DNA of 64,000 bases from Azolla caroliniana (taxonomy: Eukaryota; Plantae; Polypodiophyta): contig JBHGNT010000018.1 of NCBI GenBank assembly GCA_043228905.1, positions 1,860,001 to 1,924,000 on the forward strand, written 5' to 3'. Below, in pieces: positions 1 to 13,645 of this stretch. A program made the position numbers and the translations under genes. A model generated the notes under the pieces. The model saw nothing but the letters and a program-made list of their open reading frames with translations, did not search any database and had not been told where the DNA came from. How positions within the stretch are numbered: the stretch's first letter is position 1; the number at the start of each line of letters is the position of its first letter.

Positions 1-593
1 AGTCCCTGGGTTATAATGTCCATAGTAGTGACTATTAAACAAGGTAGGTATAATGGGTACTGTACTTCAAATATTGTGTGCACTGTCGTTTTTTGAGATT
101 TTGGTAAAGATAGAAGGCAGTTGCTGAAAATTTGCGTTTCCATGCTGCTGCAGCGCTGCTTGTAAAAGAAACAAAATATTTTGTAGTAAAAAGGAAAAAG
201 TTTTGCTCCTTTTGAGTTGTTTGATAGTATTATCTCATAGTATCTATTTCTGATTTGTTTTCTTTATCTACTAGTTGACCAATTGTTTCAGTATGTTTTT
301 TACTATCTCTACATGTTTTCAAATTTAAAATCCTCAATCTTAGCTATTTTGAAGTTGTTACAAGTTCTTCATGTATTATATATGTAATTTGTATTGTGTA
401 TATATACCCCTAAAGATGTTGGTATCTCTGTTTTTCTTCTGAGAGTTGGAACATTCTCCATTCCTCTCTTTGTCCTTTCTCAATGTTTCCATCAGTAGGA
501 TGTAGATTGATGTTCATTATTACATTTCTAATTACTTACTACATGTAGAATATGTGATACATCAGTCAGCAGTTGTCATGGTTGTAATTGCAG

Positions 594-3299
594 GAACAAA
601 AGTCGTGGTGGTATTTGATGCTGCAACTTCTGGCCTACCAGATCACAAAGAGACATTTCAAGGGTAGGGATTATTCTTGTTCAATTAGAAATTCTTACAT
701 TGGTGAGTTAGGGGTGAGAGTTACCAATGAAAATCGAAGTTGATTTCTTCATGTGCAAGCTGTATCTCTATTATTATGTTAGCTTTTATTTTGTTATATC
801 AAGGAAAGGTGAATTTTTCTATGTTCAACAGATGAGGTGCATGAATACCATTTCTGCAGGAATTAGTTGGAAAACTTTGAATGTTCTTCCATACCTCAAT
901 AATTTTCTGTAGGTAGGCCTAGGGGCTCAATGGTCAAATATGTGAAGTCTGGTGTGGAATAGGGGTCCATGCTATTTTATAGTAACATTCTTATGGTTAT
1001 GGTCAAGTGTAGTAGACACAATTCATGCAGGTTACAACAATTAGATGTTTGGATTGATCTAGTTAGTCTTTTTATTGGTTGCATTTTATGGCTAAGTGGA
1101 TTGGTTACATTGTATCTCGTGGTTATTTTCTTTTTGTATGAGAATCTTTAGTTTGTATTTTTTCCCAAAGATCTAGTCCAGCAGCGGATATATGTTATTA
1201 TGTTTTACTGATTCGGAACCACCAAAATCCTAATCATCTCTCATCATGCCTGTAGCATTAAGCTGGGATTATTGAGTCCAATTGGTTCATAAGTTTTGTG
1301 CGTGCTTCCTCTTGGTTTCTTGAGACTTCAATAATTTAGTATGTGTGTTAAGACATGCTGTCTACTATACTTTACATTTTATTTGGTCAGTGAATTACTT
1401 ATATTCATGTTTTCCCCCCTCAAATAGAGCTCATGTTCTTATATTTTTATTACTATGCAGAGTTGATGTTATTTTTACAGCAACTAATAGTGCCGACACG
1501 TGGATTGAGAGAGAGGTATCAAAGCTATAATTTCTGTTGCTTCTATATGAAAAGCTTGATCCATACTGAGGTCGTGTATAGCCAGCCCATACATCTACTG
1601 CATGCTCTATCACTTCCTCTGAAAATTCAGTTTGTTTATGGATACTCTATCCTCAAACAAAAACAATCATCTTTTCTAACCCAAGAGATGCTGCACCCTG
1701 CATGGGAAATTCTTTTGGTGTCGTTGGGGCATGACTAAGGTGTGTATCCTCGTAGATGCACCCTTATCTTTTAGTGCAATACTGTTAGTTACTCTTCCTC
1801 CGGACTTCTGCAATTATATTCCTGTATTCAGCCATTGAAGCATTACTTTTAAAAGATCATTAATTTCATTCAAGTCGAGAGAACCTTGCAAGGTGAACCT
1901 TCATCTTTATAGGAAGATTAACGTTCTGAAACAGGGTTTTTTAAAGAAAAAGTACTTAGATCCATCCAAGAGTTGTATGCATTACACCTGCAAAGGGATG
2001 CCCCTTCTTTTTTATGTCTTAAAATCATCACCTGCAACATATCAGTCTTTATCATATTTATTTTAGAGTGGCACCTGGAACTGCCTGGCTTTAATTTTTG
2101 GCATTAGATGGCTCCCTTTTGCATAGCAGTAAATAAACCCAATACTTGTAACCAGTCATATGAAACTAGTTTGTGGCATTAAAAGGCAGTGGCTGTTTGA
2201 TGTAGCCATGCTTGATCAGGTCATCCATGGGAGTCATTGATTTGGGGGAAGCTCTTAGACAGTTTATTGAGATAATTAGAAATGTTTCTGGAAACCTCCA
2301 CCTCAATATCTGAGATTGGCATGAATATTTCTTGTGTTCCTCGTATGTTTTTGAAATGAGATGGGTTGGTGTTTTTAGTGACGTCATCACCTGTGACCTA
2401 GATTTATCTAAGCTCATTGGCAGCTAGAAAAGCATTTGGTCCTTGCAACAATGCTATGAATGTATGATTTCCTATCAGAAATACAAATAAATGTCCACGT
2501 ATGATGACCAATACAATGCTGCCATGTTTAGAATGGCATGATTTACTTTTGGATCTGTAATTTGATGTTCACATCTCAAAAACCATCATGATTTACTATG
2601 GTTGTGTGTAGGTGGGATTGTTGAAAGAAGATGGATGCCCGAAGGTTTGGGTCGTGACATCTGATTCAATACAACAACAATGTGCCTCTGCATCAGTTAT
2701 TAGCCTTCTGTTCTTCCCCTTCACAAAATTGTCTAGTTCGACGTTTTTTTAGTTTACAAAGGGTAAAATTATATAATTTTAGCAAATTCTCTCTAATAAT
2801 TTTTATATACAGGGCGCATTTATCTGGAGCTGCAAGTTCCTAATTTCTATGGTAATCTCCAGTTACGAACTTTCTCTTTTATTTAACCAAAACAATTAGT
2901 AAAGTTCTGCTAAAAATTTAGCCCTTGTCGTTGTAGAATACTTTAATTACCCACTTGAGGGAATTAACTTACATCCATTGGTTCCTTGTTTGAAGGTTTA
3001 AAAAAAACTTATAATGTGATGTTGTATGTTGGGCTTTGAAGATCAATGATGCAAAGGTAGAGCGGAACGAGATTCTCCGTGATATGACGTACATACTCTT
3101 CTAATGCGAGAAAAACAACTATCTTTTCTTCATGAATAGTCATTAATTATTAGGGCTCATTAAATTAATAAAATGTAACAGGTCGTACTCAATGAAAGGG
3201 AGGTTTTTAGAGGATAATCTTGACCCCAAGGTTCGTGAGCAACTGAAAGAGCTGAAAAAGCAGCTCCTTCAAGCAGAAAAGGATTATCCACATAGGTAA
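594..3299 (+). CDS. YacP/Rae1-like NYN-domain ribonuclease, 3' part (5' exons lie upstream of the window); exons 594-663, 1461-1515, 2612-2695, 2813-2851, 3042-3088, 3182-3299
   Basis: GT-AG exons with matching phases splice to TKVVVVFDAATSGLPDHKETFQGVDVIFTATNSADTWIEREVGLLKEDGCPKVWVVTSDSIQQQCASASGAFIWSCKFLISMINDAKVERNEILRDMTSYSMKGRFLEDNLDPKVREQLKELKKQLLQAEKDYPHR*. The VVVFDA / ADxWIE / VVTSD motifs are those of plant NYN_YacP proteins. Confidence 0.88.
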
Positions 3300-3510
3300 C
3301 CAAAGTGTCTGCCCATGGACTTCAAACTGTCCATACATATTTTCAGCATTATCTCTCCACTCAATTGTAGCTAATTCCATACACTGATGTGAAGTCAAGA
3401 AATGCTTTGATGAGGCATGTATTCTACTCTGTACAAAATAATAAATTGATTCTTTGTAAACTGAAATCCAATGTTCTGATAAAATACCTCTTTAACCACA
3501 TGTATGAAAT

Positions 3511-3717
3511 CTTTTATTATAAATACCAGTCTTCACTTTCTGAGGGTAGAGTTTAAATAATTTTAGAGTGGAAGGGCTTTCCCATATAACCATTTAAACA
3601 TGTCATCAGAAAAACCTCTTATTATAAATACAAGTCTTCACTTTCTGAGGGTACAGTTTAAATAATTTTAGAGTGGAAGGGGTTTTCCCATATAACCATT
3701 TAAACATGTCATCAGAA
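3511..3717. repeat. Tandem duplication of a ~105-bp unit downstream of the YacP-like stop codon
   Basis: TTATTATAAATAC(C/A)AGTCTTCACTTTCTGAGGGTA...AAACATGTCATCAGAA occurs twice, starting near 3514 and 3619, with few differences. Confidence 0.85.
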
Positions 3718-5667
3718 GGTCTTAGGCGTATTCTAATATTTGATTGTGGAAATGGTTTTTGGATATTTGCTTCCGTGAATATGGTTTTGGTATATTGTTA
3801 GATTGAGAGCCATGTCTCACTACATTTCAATAACACAATGAGGACAAATTACTTAATATGGAAATATTTTGCTGCGTGCAAGAACATGTCAATAAAAATG
3901 GCATAGAGAGAATAAAAGAAAAAAGTTTGAGTTTGGATAGCGTAAAGGTTAAATAATTAAATTTAGTGTAAATATTTCAAATGTTACGGAGATGTGTACG
4001 AAAATCCTTTAATTCACCTATAATAGTGTAATCTTTCTTGATTGCTTTGACATTTTCTAATGAGCAATGAAAGCCATGTCTTGTTGTCAGTTGCGTTGGT
4101 AAGCTCATAAATTTCTATTGTTATTGTAGCAACCGGAGTGGTTCATGACTTATGAATTAGTGCCATAAGTTACAAATCAAGGATGACTCATGAATCAATA
4201 ATACAAGTTAATTCGTCAATAGTCGTTCTAATCAATGTGTCCTATAACAAAGCACTCTTGCAAGTCTTGAAGTTCGCAAAATAACCTCTCAAACCAAGTG
4301 TCTCAATCTATACTAAAGACTAGTTGATATTCTTTCAATCCAACTATCTAATATTACCCAATCATGCAACCATGGTGACATTCAAGATAGTGGCCTTGCA
4401 TAGAACATGTTTGAATAATAAATGAATTTGTTGGCTGTGTGTAGGATATGCCTTGAGTTTTGTGGTTGTCCTAATGCTTCAAACTTTGCAAGTTAGGAAT
4501 GCTTGAGCCAGAAAAATACCCGGGAAGTCCAAGTTACATCCAAGATAGTGTTGGTTCTGTAGTGGTGGTATTACAACATGAACTATAGATAGAGTGAACT
4601 TCTCTCTGTGGTACTCTAGCCCATCTCATGTAAATCAAAACCCTAAATTTGTTGAGTTAGTGGAATCCAATGTTTTGCCATATTTATCTCACAAGCCCTT
4701 GCACCTCACAAAGTCCAACTCCAATAAATTTCTAGGCATTAACTGAGGATTTAATGTTAAAAAAATACACCCTTTTTTGGGAATCATAAGGCTAGCTTTG
4801 AAGTTCAGAAAAAATGGTTACTCATTCATGATATTGCCCTCTTTGTAAACCAAAACTTTTGTCAAGTTTAGGGTTTCATCCACAATCTTGTAGAAACATG
4901 AATGTCAAACTATCTAGAAGGTTTTACTTTGTACCTACCTCACAGTAGCAAACCATCCTTACTATAAAACCCTAAAATCACCACAGATCACTTACATGCT
5001 AAACATATTCACACACTATCTACCTATGATCCAAATGCGGTGATAAACCACCTTTCATCGTTAAGGCCAGCAAAAAACTTAACAGTGGAATGGAAAACTA
5101 TATTATTATTATGGATCATGACCCAAGAGAATTCATATTCTTGAACTGAACTAGTTCTGGAAACAGCTACCGAGTTCACACAAACAAGTTTTTGGGTTCT
5201 CCTGAATTTGTGATTCACTCAGACCTATTTTCAATTTTCGAAGTTAACATGGATTTGTGTTTGGCAGCATGTGAAATCTAACAAATTCTTTGGTGTATCA
5301 AAATATGTAAAGAGTTCATCATACCTTGCATGAACTCCAGATGAGACAAACTATCAAGAGGTTTTATCAAACTTGCAAGGGCCAAAATGCCTTCATAGGA
5401 TGTATTCAAAGTTACAAATGCACAACCTCGTTATGAGGTTGAAGCTTAATACATAATTCTGACAATGCCCAAGATCAGATGTTGATACAAACACAGGGCA
5501 TCCCTTAGATTTCCCCCTTTCTTTTAAGCTTCAAATTACAAACGCTCATCACATCTCAGATCACAACTCAAGGTTTTACATCAAAGATTTTTGAGTTAGG
5601 CCACTTTGAGATCTTTACATGAGATGTGGGTTGTATGTAAAGAACAAAAAATATACAAGAAACACAT

Positions 5668-8600
5668 TCAGCATTCAGATATTAAGAAGCTAAAGATATC
5701 AGTTAGTGTGATGATGCCCTCTACATAGTGACTGGTGGCTTCTACGCAAACAATTCGCCTCACCCCTACAAATAGTTTCAAACAGAAATATGAATAACGA
5801 TAAACCAAGACCAAATATTTCACAAAGAGAAAAAACATACCAGTTATAGCCAAGCGCTCCAAAACTGTATGCAAAGCCTCCGTTCGAAAACACATTTGAC
5901 ATCTAAGAACAGGAACTACACTTGTGGAAGCCCTACCAAGATGCAGCACCTAATGCAAAAGTGCATCAACAAAAACAATGTCATTTAGCATATTTGGTCA
6001 ATAAGAGCTGTTGGAATTATGGCCATATTTTATTGGGCAACATTATTGGCACTTTAAAGAAATCAGGAACATTCCAGAAAAGTTAGGGGTATGTATAACA
6101 GTGATTTTCCTTTTGTTTTATTATTTCCAATGGTTCTTTATTAACATTAATTTCAACCACAAATAGTATACTAAAAGTTTTGAATACTCCAAAAATGGCC
6201 ATAATGCCAACAAGGGCATAGGATATGTTGTTTCTTTATGTAATTTTATTACTTCTTCAATTGTCAGTTGGGCTAGTTGCATATGGGCATACACATTCTC
6301 CCTTGCTAACGCTGTGATATCACTGTTACAATACACGAGAAACCGCAAATAAATCACCAATTGTTTTTTCCTCAAATAATGGAAGTCAAAAGGATAACAA
6401 GAAAGATGGATATATGAAGCATACCCCCTGGCAAAAATATCCACCAAACAACCATCCTTGTCCACAATTGGTATAGCACTAACCCTTGCTGTCAAAATAT
6501 CGCAAGCATTTAAGTGGTTCTTAACAAATGTATACTGCAAGTTATTACTAATTTGTTTATCACAACTGTTACCTTGCATGAGTAATGATAAAGCTGTGTT
6601 AAGAGAATCAGATGCCCTAAGAACTACGAGCCGAGATTTGGACACCTCAGAGCCCTTCCATGTGCCAATAGGTAAAGAACCTATGGGAAGATTCAAAAGC
6701 GGCAAAGATCCAGTGGCATGCTGAAAATGCCTACATAAGCCTGCTTAAATTATACAACAGAGAAGCATGTCACACACACTCATATGTTTCGAGAACAGGA
6801 ATCTAAAAAAATAAGCCTTTTAGTCTTACACTTGAGAACACCAGAGAGAGAAGCCAAATGCAAGAGCTGTGGCAAAGCCCAATTATCTGCTGGCATGTAG
6901 AGCACTGGCAATGTTGCTACCCGGTAATGAAGCAAAGCTTTTATAACAGATTTCAAGGTATCATCAGGGCCAACCTGCCACATTTCCATATTCTGATCAA
7001 TTGATGTTATGAAAACAAAAGAATGTTGGAATGGCAGAAATGTTTACTAGTTTTTAAATGTGAGATTATGTGGGCATATAAAAGTAATTCATAAAGGTAT
7101 ATGAATTCAAGTACAATGTGTCCTGTTATACATTGGCAAGGTTTTAAACCTTCTAAAGGACCAAAAGACTGTAAAACGAAAATAAATTTTCTGTTTTCCA
7201 CTTGATAAATGGGTTAAGACTAAATACGAAAGGCATACTATATACCCATCATACACACTGAGACTACTTTAACAACTAGCTAGATGACTAATATCCTATG
7301 CATCTTCTCATGTTCCTATACAATTTCATGAGATAGACAAGTTAATTTCTCATGTGATAAGATTGCATTTTCCATCTCCTATTTAGACAAAATATTTAGA
7401 TAAATAGAAAATGGTTCAATGTCACTCACAAAATGCAGTGGGCTTGTTGAGGCAGAAACACTGGCAAGATGATATTTTTCTTGTTTCCAAGCCTCAATGG
7501 TATGTGTTTCAAGTTCATGCTCAGACAAGATTGCTTGTTGGGCCTGGATCTGTAACATGAAAAACAAATGGTGTTTAGAATAACAGCTTTCATGCTCATG
7601 AAATATAGTGCAAGCAGAACACTTCACTCTAGGACCTCACCTGCATCACAATCTCAATAAAATCTGATGCAGTCAGCATTCCAACGAATTGTTGTTCTTT
7701 GGAGTCCCACAAAGGAGCCACTGATATCCCCTGCATCTCAAAACCCTTGTCAGAAAATTGATAAAGTTCCTATCAGATAGTGTTGCCTAAAACATTCCCA
7801 AGAGTTTTTTTTCGCTTACAACATATCTGTGAGAGATGTGTTAATGTTTTGTCCTTAAATATATTGGATAGTTTATCTCTTAATCAGATAGTGTTGTCAC
7901 CTAAAACATATTTGGGCAGTATTTTGTCACTCAAAACATTATGAAAGAAGAGGAAACAATGGCACCTGCTCATAAAGTAAATGGAATCCTTGTTTAATTG
8001 GGAGAGAAATGTCAAGCGCAACAATCTGCAACAATTTTGTCATTGTCTTAGTATTCACATTTATAGTTACACACCTTAATAACACCAGACTAATCTTGGC
8101 TTGCAAACTAAGTGTGGGATTCAAAGCTGATTTCTTTGTTTCATGAAGTATTTGATAAATCTGTTTGAAAACAAAAACGAGGTTGTATGTTTATGCATGG
8201 ATAGTATAGTACCTTTCCTGAATGTGGAAATAGTTCATATGCTGTATGTTGCGTCAGAAAGTCATTCAGTAGCCAGCGTGAAGCATCCAAATCTGTTAGA
8301 GATATATTACTTATCCCCTCTAATTGGATCTCCTGTTGATGTGAACAACTTGGAACAGTGATCTAAAATATCAAGTATGACACATTCAAATTTATTACAC
8401 CTGTAATAAAAAATTTATTACTGTTCAAAACAGGATTATTATATCTAGTTGAATACACAAGCATGGTTGCAGGATTACGTGTAGCATGATTAAACCACAT
8501 CAGAGAGACCATATTGTGGAATCATTAATTGTATGGTTCCAATGCCCAAGGTGGTGTGGCATTGATCTAACAACTCACATTATTCATATGAGCATGATTC

Positions 8601-11600
8601 CCAGGCATGTGCAACTGTCAACTATCCTCGCCCATCCCACCCCCAAGTTCCCTGATGTCTCAAAACCTTGAAGCAGCCCTACTTTGTTGTATACAGGAGT
8701 TATATCTAACTGGACATACAACGGCGACCTTGATTTCACCCAGTAACGTTCCTGATGTTCAACCTTGTACATGACCTTATTAAGCTACAAAACATTTTTG
8801 TACTATAATGCATGTTGCCCAGATCTCCTCAAAAAAGTGACTTGCACCTTTGTAAATCACTTGGTTTGGCTGGTGCCTTGATTTTCACGATTTTCATTGG
8901 AGACCTTTCAGGAGTTAGAAGTCTTTTTCCAAATTCAGATTCTCAATTATCATTTAATTTTCAACTTTAATCTACTTCACCAGAGTTTTTAAAGATTTCT
9001 AGTACCTCTCTGGGCATTTATGACCCACTACCTTTATACTACAAGCATAGCCTTGAGGAGCAGTGTTAAAGGCTAATTTTAATGCATTTGAAGATAGGAT
9101 ATTTGAAAAACAAGTTATCCTAGGACTTGGGACAAGTGCGAACACATGTCAATATAGAATTGTAAGGAGTTCAGCAATGTAGGAACTAGCTATCCCCTTC
9201 TACAAGACATCTCAGAGACATTGATATTCTCTTGGTGAGGGCAAATCTCTCACATTTCAGATCCATCATTGGCTGAATTCTGAGGTATAATACAAGGCCA
9301 TATTCAGTGGTATAGGATGCCGATGGAGTTTTGTATTTATCTCTATTCCTTGACCCAGCGGTGGTTGGTGTGATTATGCACACTTAATCCATTCTTAGTC
9401 GTTAATAATTTAAATAATCATTAGTATTGAACATAATACTTCACAACTATGGCAAGAGTAAGGGTGCAAAAAGTTTGAGTAGGGGCATCTCACCATTCTG
9501 GATGATTTAAACTTCAATTAGCTTAATATCTTGGTGCTTTATCTTTATGGTATATGCTAGATCCTAGCTTAGGTTGCAACACAAGCGATTTTTTCAGTCA
9601 TGTGTTCTGTGCCACTAACTGCCAATCCTTTGGAGCTGCTGTGAGTGTCATTCCTTTGATGTTGACCAAAGGCACCATTTTTCTTTCAAGAAGAATGTAC
9701 CAATTCCACTGCATTGTGAATCACTGTAGACATTTATTGGTATTTGTGGTTTGTACATTGTTTCCATCACTTTGCTAGCTCAATGGTGACGCTTCCAGAT
9801 TCTCGTGATTTTATAGCATATGTTCTTGGGATTGCATCTTGTCCTGCAACGCCTCTGCAACAATGAGAGTTCTGGAACCATTAAACTTGTACTGCTCAAC
9901 TAAGGGGGACAAACTTTAACATCAACCCACTCTTTGTTGATGAGTCTTTAGGATCTCTCTATACTATATGATTACCAAGTGTTCTGCATTTATTTATGCT
10001 TCATTGATCATAACTCACCATTCTTATAGTAGTATCATAGCTTTGTTTTTCAAACGTTCATTATCTTTATTCTTTCTGTCAAACCTGATCAATGAGCTTT
10101 GAGACTCCCACATTTGGTCAACTTGGAGTGGTGTCTTGCATGCCACCATGCTTGCATTCTTCTCTATTGGATATATACAGTTCCTCCTTTCAAGGCATTG
10201 ATGGAATTAAATCCAATAGCACTTTATCTCTCAGGTGAAAATCACTTAAGTCAGATAGGCTGCAAGACATTTGGTCTAGCCACAACTATAGAGTGATTAA
10301 AACTTGCAAGGTACTGTCCAAACTTTTCCATTGTCCATGTGAAAAAGCAGCATTCGATCCACTTTTCAATCATGCATATTTTAAGACTAGATATACAATG
10401 TCAGGGCAATATACATCTGAAATATAGACTACTAATTTGGAGCATTACATCACCCTCAAACAGAAATTCACTCTATTTTAAGAAATCATTGACTTTCAAA
10501 CCCTGGAGGTTTTACAGAAAGCAAAAGAAAGTGACAGAGAGATTTGGCACCTACCCTCTCCACAAGCATATCTCCATCCACCTCCATACTTGTTCCAAGT
10601 ATTGATCCTTCAGTAATTTGTAAACTTGCAACGCCTTCAAATTCGTTTCCCAATATATAATTGTTGAAATTTCCAATAGACCCTGTTAAAATAAATAGTT
10701 ATTCACATCATACATCAATCGCTAATTCACAGCTGCTAAATCACCCAAAACCTCATTTAGAAATTAGACTATAACCACAGCAAAATATAATTGTTTCTGG
10801 ATGACATATAGTGATGCGAATGATAGCAAAGTAATAAATCCCAAATGGGTTTTGATTAAGCATTGCACACAGAGTAAAATGAAGAGTTAAAGTTTTCTAT
10901 TATATCATTGAATATTTTCACTCTATGGAAGTTTATTGCAATCCAAAAAGTACATCCTACATATTTGATTCCTTAAGCTACAAGGACGTCCTGTGATTGA
11001 AGAAGATTGTCCAGTGCATGAAGTTATGGAAACTTTTGTAGGAAATTGGTGGTGGAATGTGAGCGGGAAATAAAAAGCAAATAATGGACTAAAATAACAG
11101 CCTATCCAGCACCTTGCACTTAGTTCAAAATCACATGATGTTCCCTGTGTTCATATTAAACAATCATAGATAGTTCTCTTATGCAGTGATTTTCATGTCA
11201 TCCCTGTCCTCTTGTGCATATACTCTCATAAGATGCACAAATTGCTAGGACAGATGTGGTACATGAAATATTATATATATTGTTGGATGCCTCTTTAATT
11301 CTCTTCCTAAGACAGCTTATTTATTTTGACACTCCATGGTTATATAGGGTGTTTCCATTCCCTTACAGCAATCAAATTGCAAACGACGAAGACAATATGC
11401 TGAAAATCCAGTTAATTTTCTACACACATGTGATCCACATATAGAACCAAACAAATAAGTTTGACCTTCTTTCAATGTATACAGTGTCTATTGAATTAAA
11501 TGAAAACTCCCCTCTCTTCTCATGGGTACCACTTGTTTTATTCTCAACTTTGATGTTTGGGGGACAAAAGAATCTCCTTTAGTCAATTTCCTGTCAAATT

Positions 11601-12033
11601 TGTGGACTTGCTTATCATTAATATTTATAAAGGAAATTTTCAACTTTCTACCAAATTTCAATAAAGTTGTGGTATTTTCCAGAATCTTCCAGTATTTCCG
11701 AACTTTGGCCAACTAGTAAATAATGTTTTTTCTCAACGCTCACATTGCTGTTCTTGACAACAATAATAATACTGACTTCATCTTGGCTACTGGTCATTGA
11801 TGCAAGAAACACTACAAGGCAGAAGACTGTTGGATGACAGTATTCTGCAAGAAGATATCCTCATTCACTAAAACACCAGTCAAATAGTTTAATTTTTTCA
11901 TCGAAATATTCAAAGAAAGAACAAAATCCATCAAACGATATAAAATGTTTATATTATATGAAGTAAATTTGCAATATTTTCACAAATTTTCGGTTGATTA
12001 CTAAAACCAAAACAGAACATTACCGGCGATCAT
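5668..12033 (-). CDS. SNF4: SNF4-like / SnRK1 beta-gamma (AMPK gamma-type, CBS-domain) regulatory subunit, about 403 aa; exons 12033-12024 (tentative), 10682-10555, 8362-8213, 8025-7966, 7730-7641, 7549-7430, 6974-6830, 6740-6573, 6488-6425, 6322-6253, 5949-5841, 5765-5668
   Basis: Phase-consistent GT-AG exons give GTSMEVDG...[16 protein letters not shown]|[20 protein letters not shown]|GISVAPLWD...GMLTASDFI...[11 protein letters not shown]...[19 protein letters not shown]...LPIGTW...IPIVD...DITALA...[10 protein letters not shown]...[14 protein letters not shown], typical of plant SNF4/KIN-beta-gamma. The start exon is uncertain; 5668-10682 is well supported. Confidence 0.9.
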
Positions 12034-12618
12034 GATAATGATATATCTTCATGTTGACCTATGATCCAGAAACCCTAAAAAAGAAATCTTCATAAAAAGA
12101 GATATAGGCTGAAAATATTCAGATCCACACCCACACATCTTAAACACAACATTTGTAAGTGTTCCTTGGCAGCGAATGCCCTTCAAATGCAAGGGTTGGT
12201 TTACAACTATCCACTGAGCCGAGGCATTGACCAAGATGGAAGGCAAGGAAACAAGAGACAAGTCTACTTCTATTAACTGATACACACACATACATATATG
12301 TATGTTTATGTGTTATGTGTATGCATATGCGTTTGTAAACATGTATGTAAATACGCCAATATGCAGGCATGTATGCATGTATGAGACAGAGCGAGAGGGA
12401 GATTTATGGAGGAATGAAGCTTTACCTGATGAAGGGAGAGCGTGGATAAAAGCAGAGTCCCTCATGAGCAGAGGCGGCAAGGCAAGATCGATGGATATCC
12501 GGTTCAGTCTTCAAAGAAACAGGGTCTCCATTGCAGAATGGACGGGGAGGAATGGGATGGGAAACAGAGGGGAGAAGAGTCCAAAAGGAGGGACTGTCTG
12601 CGTACAGTGGTAGTATCA

Positions 12619-12786
12619 GAACAGAGCAAAACAGAGCAGAACAGAACAGAACAGAACAGAACAGAGCAGAGCAGAACAGAACAGAGCAAGGTGAATTATT
12701 ACTCATGTGAAAAGGATGTGTGGATTGGATGGATATGCACTTTGGTCTTCTTCTTCTTTCTTCTTTCTTCTTTCTTCTTCTTCCTC
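12619..12786. repeat. Simple repeats in the SNF4 5' region: imperfect (AACAG/AGCAG)n pentamer at 12619-12688 and (CTT)n at 12746-12786
   Basis: Directly visible. Confidence 0.85.
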
Positions 12787-13327
12787 CTTTTCTTATCATT
12801 ATATTTGTGTGTTGTGTGAACCTCTTCTCCTGGACAGACAACCTTCATAAGGATGAATGAAAATACGCCCGCCCGATCCGCCCAATAATTGCCTTCGGAC
12901 TCTGGCAGAACTCCTCCTTCATTATTCTACCTCGGTGCCGCAGCTTGAAACGTCCCCTGAAAAAGCATCCCACGATTTATTTCCTCGCATGCATTGTTGT
13001 TGTCTGGATCTATGCTATAAGTTATAACAATGCGACCTGAGTTCGTTCTCTAGCGCCCGATGTATGCTCACAAGACAAGGGGGATTCTGACCCCTGCAAC
13101 ATATCGTCACATTTAAGTTGAGGGCCTAACAATGCCTAGAAATTGAAGGCACCCAATCGGTGTATCCTTCGGTTTTAAGTACCAACTTTGTTTGATGTAG
13201 TAAGTCAACAAGGGGGCTTCCAACTTGAGATCTATCCCTTGATAGATTGCCCATCTAACGTGTATACCATCAAATCCACGGAGTAAAATGTTATCTTTCC
13301 CCAAAATATGTGTTTTAATGCTATGAT

Positions 13328-13645
13328 CGAGCATTTTGTGCGTGTGTTTGTGTCTTTCTTGTACGTTCGGCCGTCTTGTGATGAGGGGACCGTTTGGGCT
13401 TGCCCATGCACCTCTCCTTCTCATAAAGGCGTACAAGCATTTTGTGCACGTGTTTGTTGTCTTCCTCGTACGTTTGGCCGTCTTGTGACGAGGGGATCGT
13501 TTGGGCTTGCCCATGCACCTCTCCTTCTCATAAAGGCGTACGAGCATTTTGTGCACGTGTTTGCTGTCTTCCTTGTACGTTCGATGTCTTGTGACGAGGG
13601 AGCGTTCGGGCGTGCCCATGCACTCTCCTCCTCATAAAGACGTAT
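13328..13645 (+). repeat. ~106-bp tandem repeat array (3 units) in the 5' LTR of gypsy copy 1
   Basis: Units start C(G/A)AGCATTTTGTG at 13328, 13434 and 13541. Confidence 0.9.

Noticed and set aside
3800-5600. Possible old TE remnant or small gene between the convergent genes
   Set aside because: No motif, terminal repeat or splice-consistent ORF could be supported by eye.
8480-8780. Possible extra SNF4 exon in the long intron
   Set aside because: Stops in all three frames after the candidate acceptor, no SNF4 similarity, and the flanking exons already join in phase.
12302-12841. Overlapping ORFs of 61-139 aa upstream of SNF4
   Set aside because: Mostly translations of pentamer and CTT microsatellites; only the exon end at 12426 is kept, as a possible CBM remnant.
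13113-13327. HILGKDN / RWAIY peptides on the minus strand resembling the gypsy RNaseH end
   Set aside because: The motifs are in the wrong order and too short to distinguish from chance.
13328-13645. Cassandra-like 5S rRNA or tRNA-derived sequence in the LTR repeats
   Set aside because: No recognisable similarity to 5S rRNA A/C boxes or tRNA A/B boxes.
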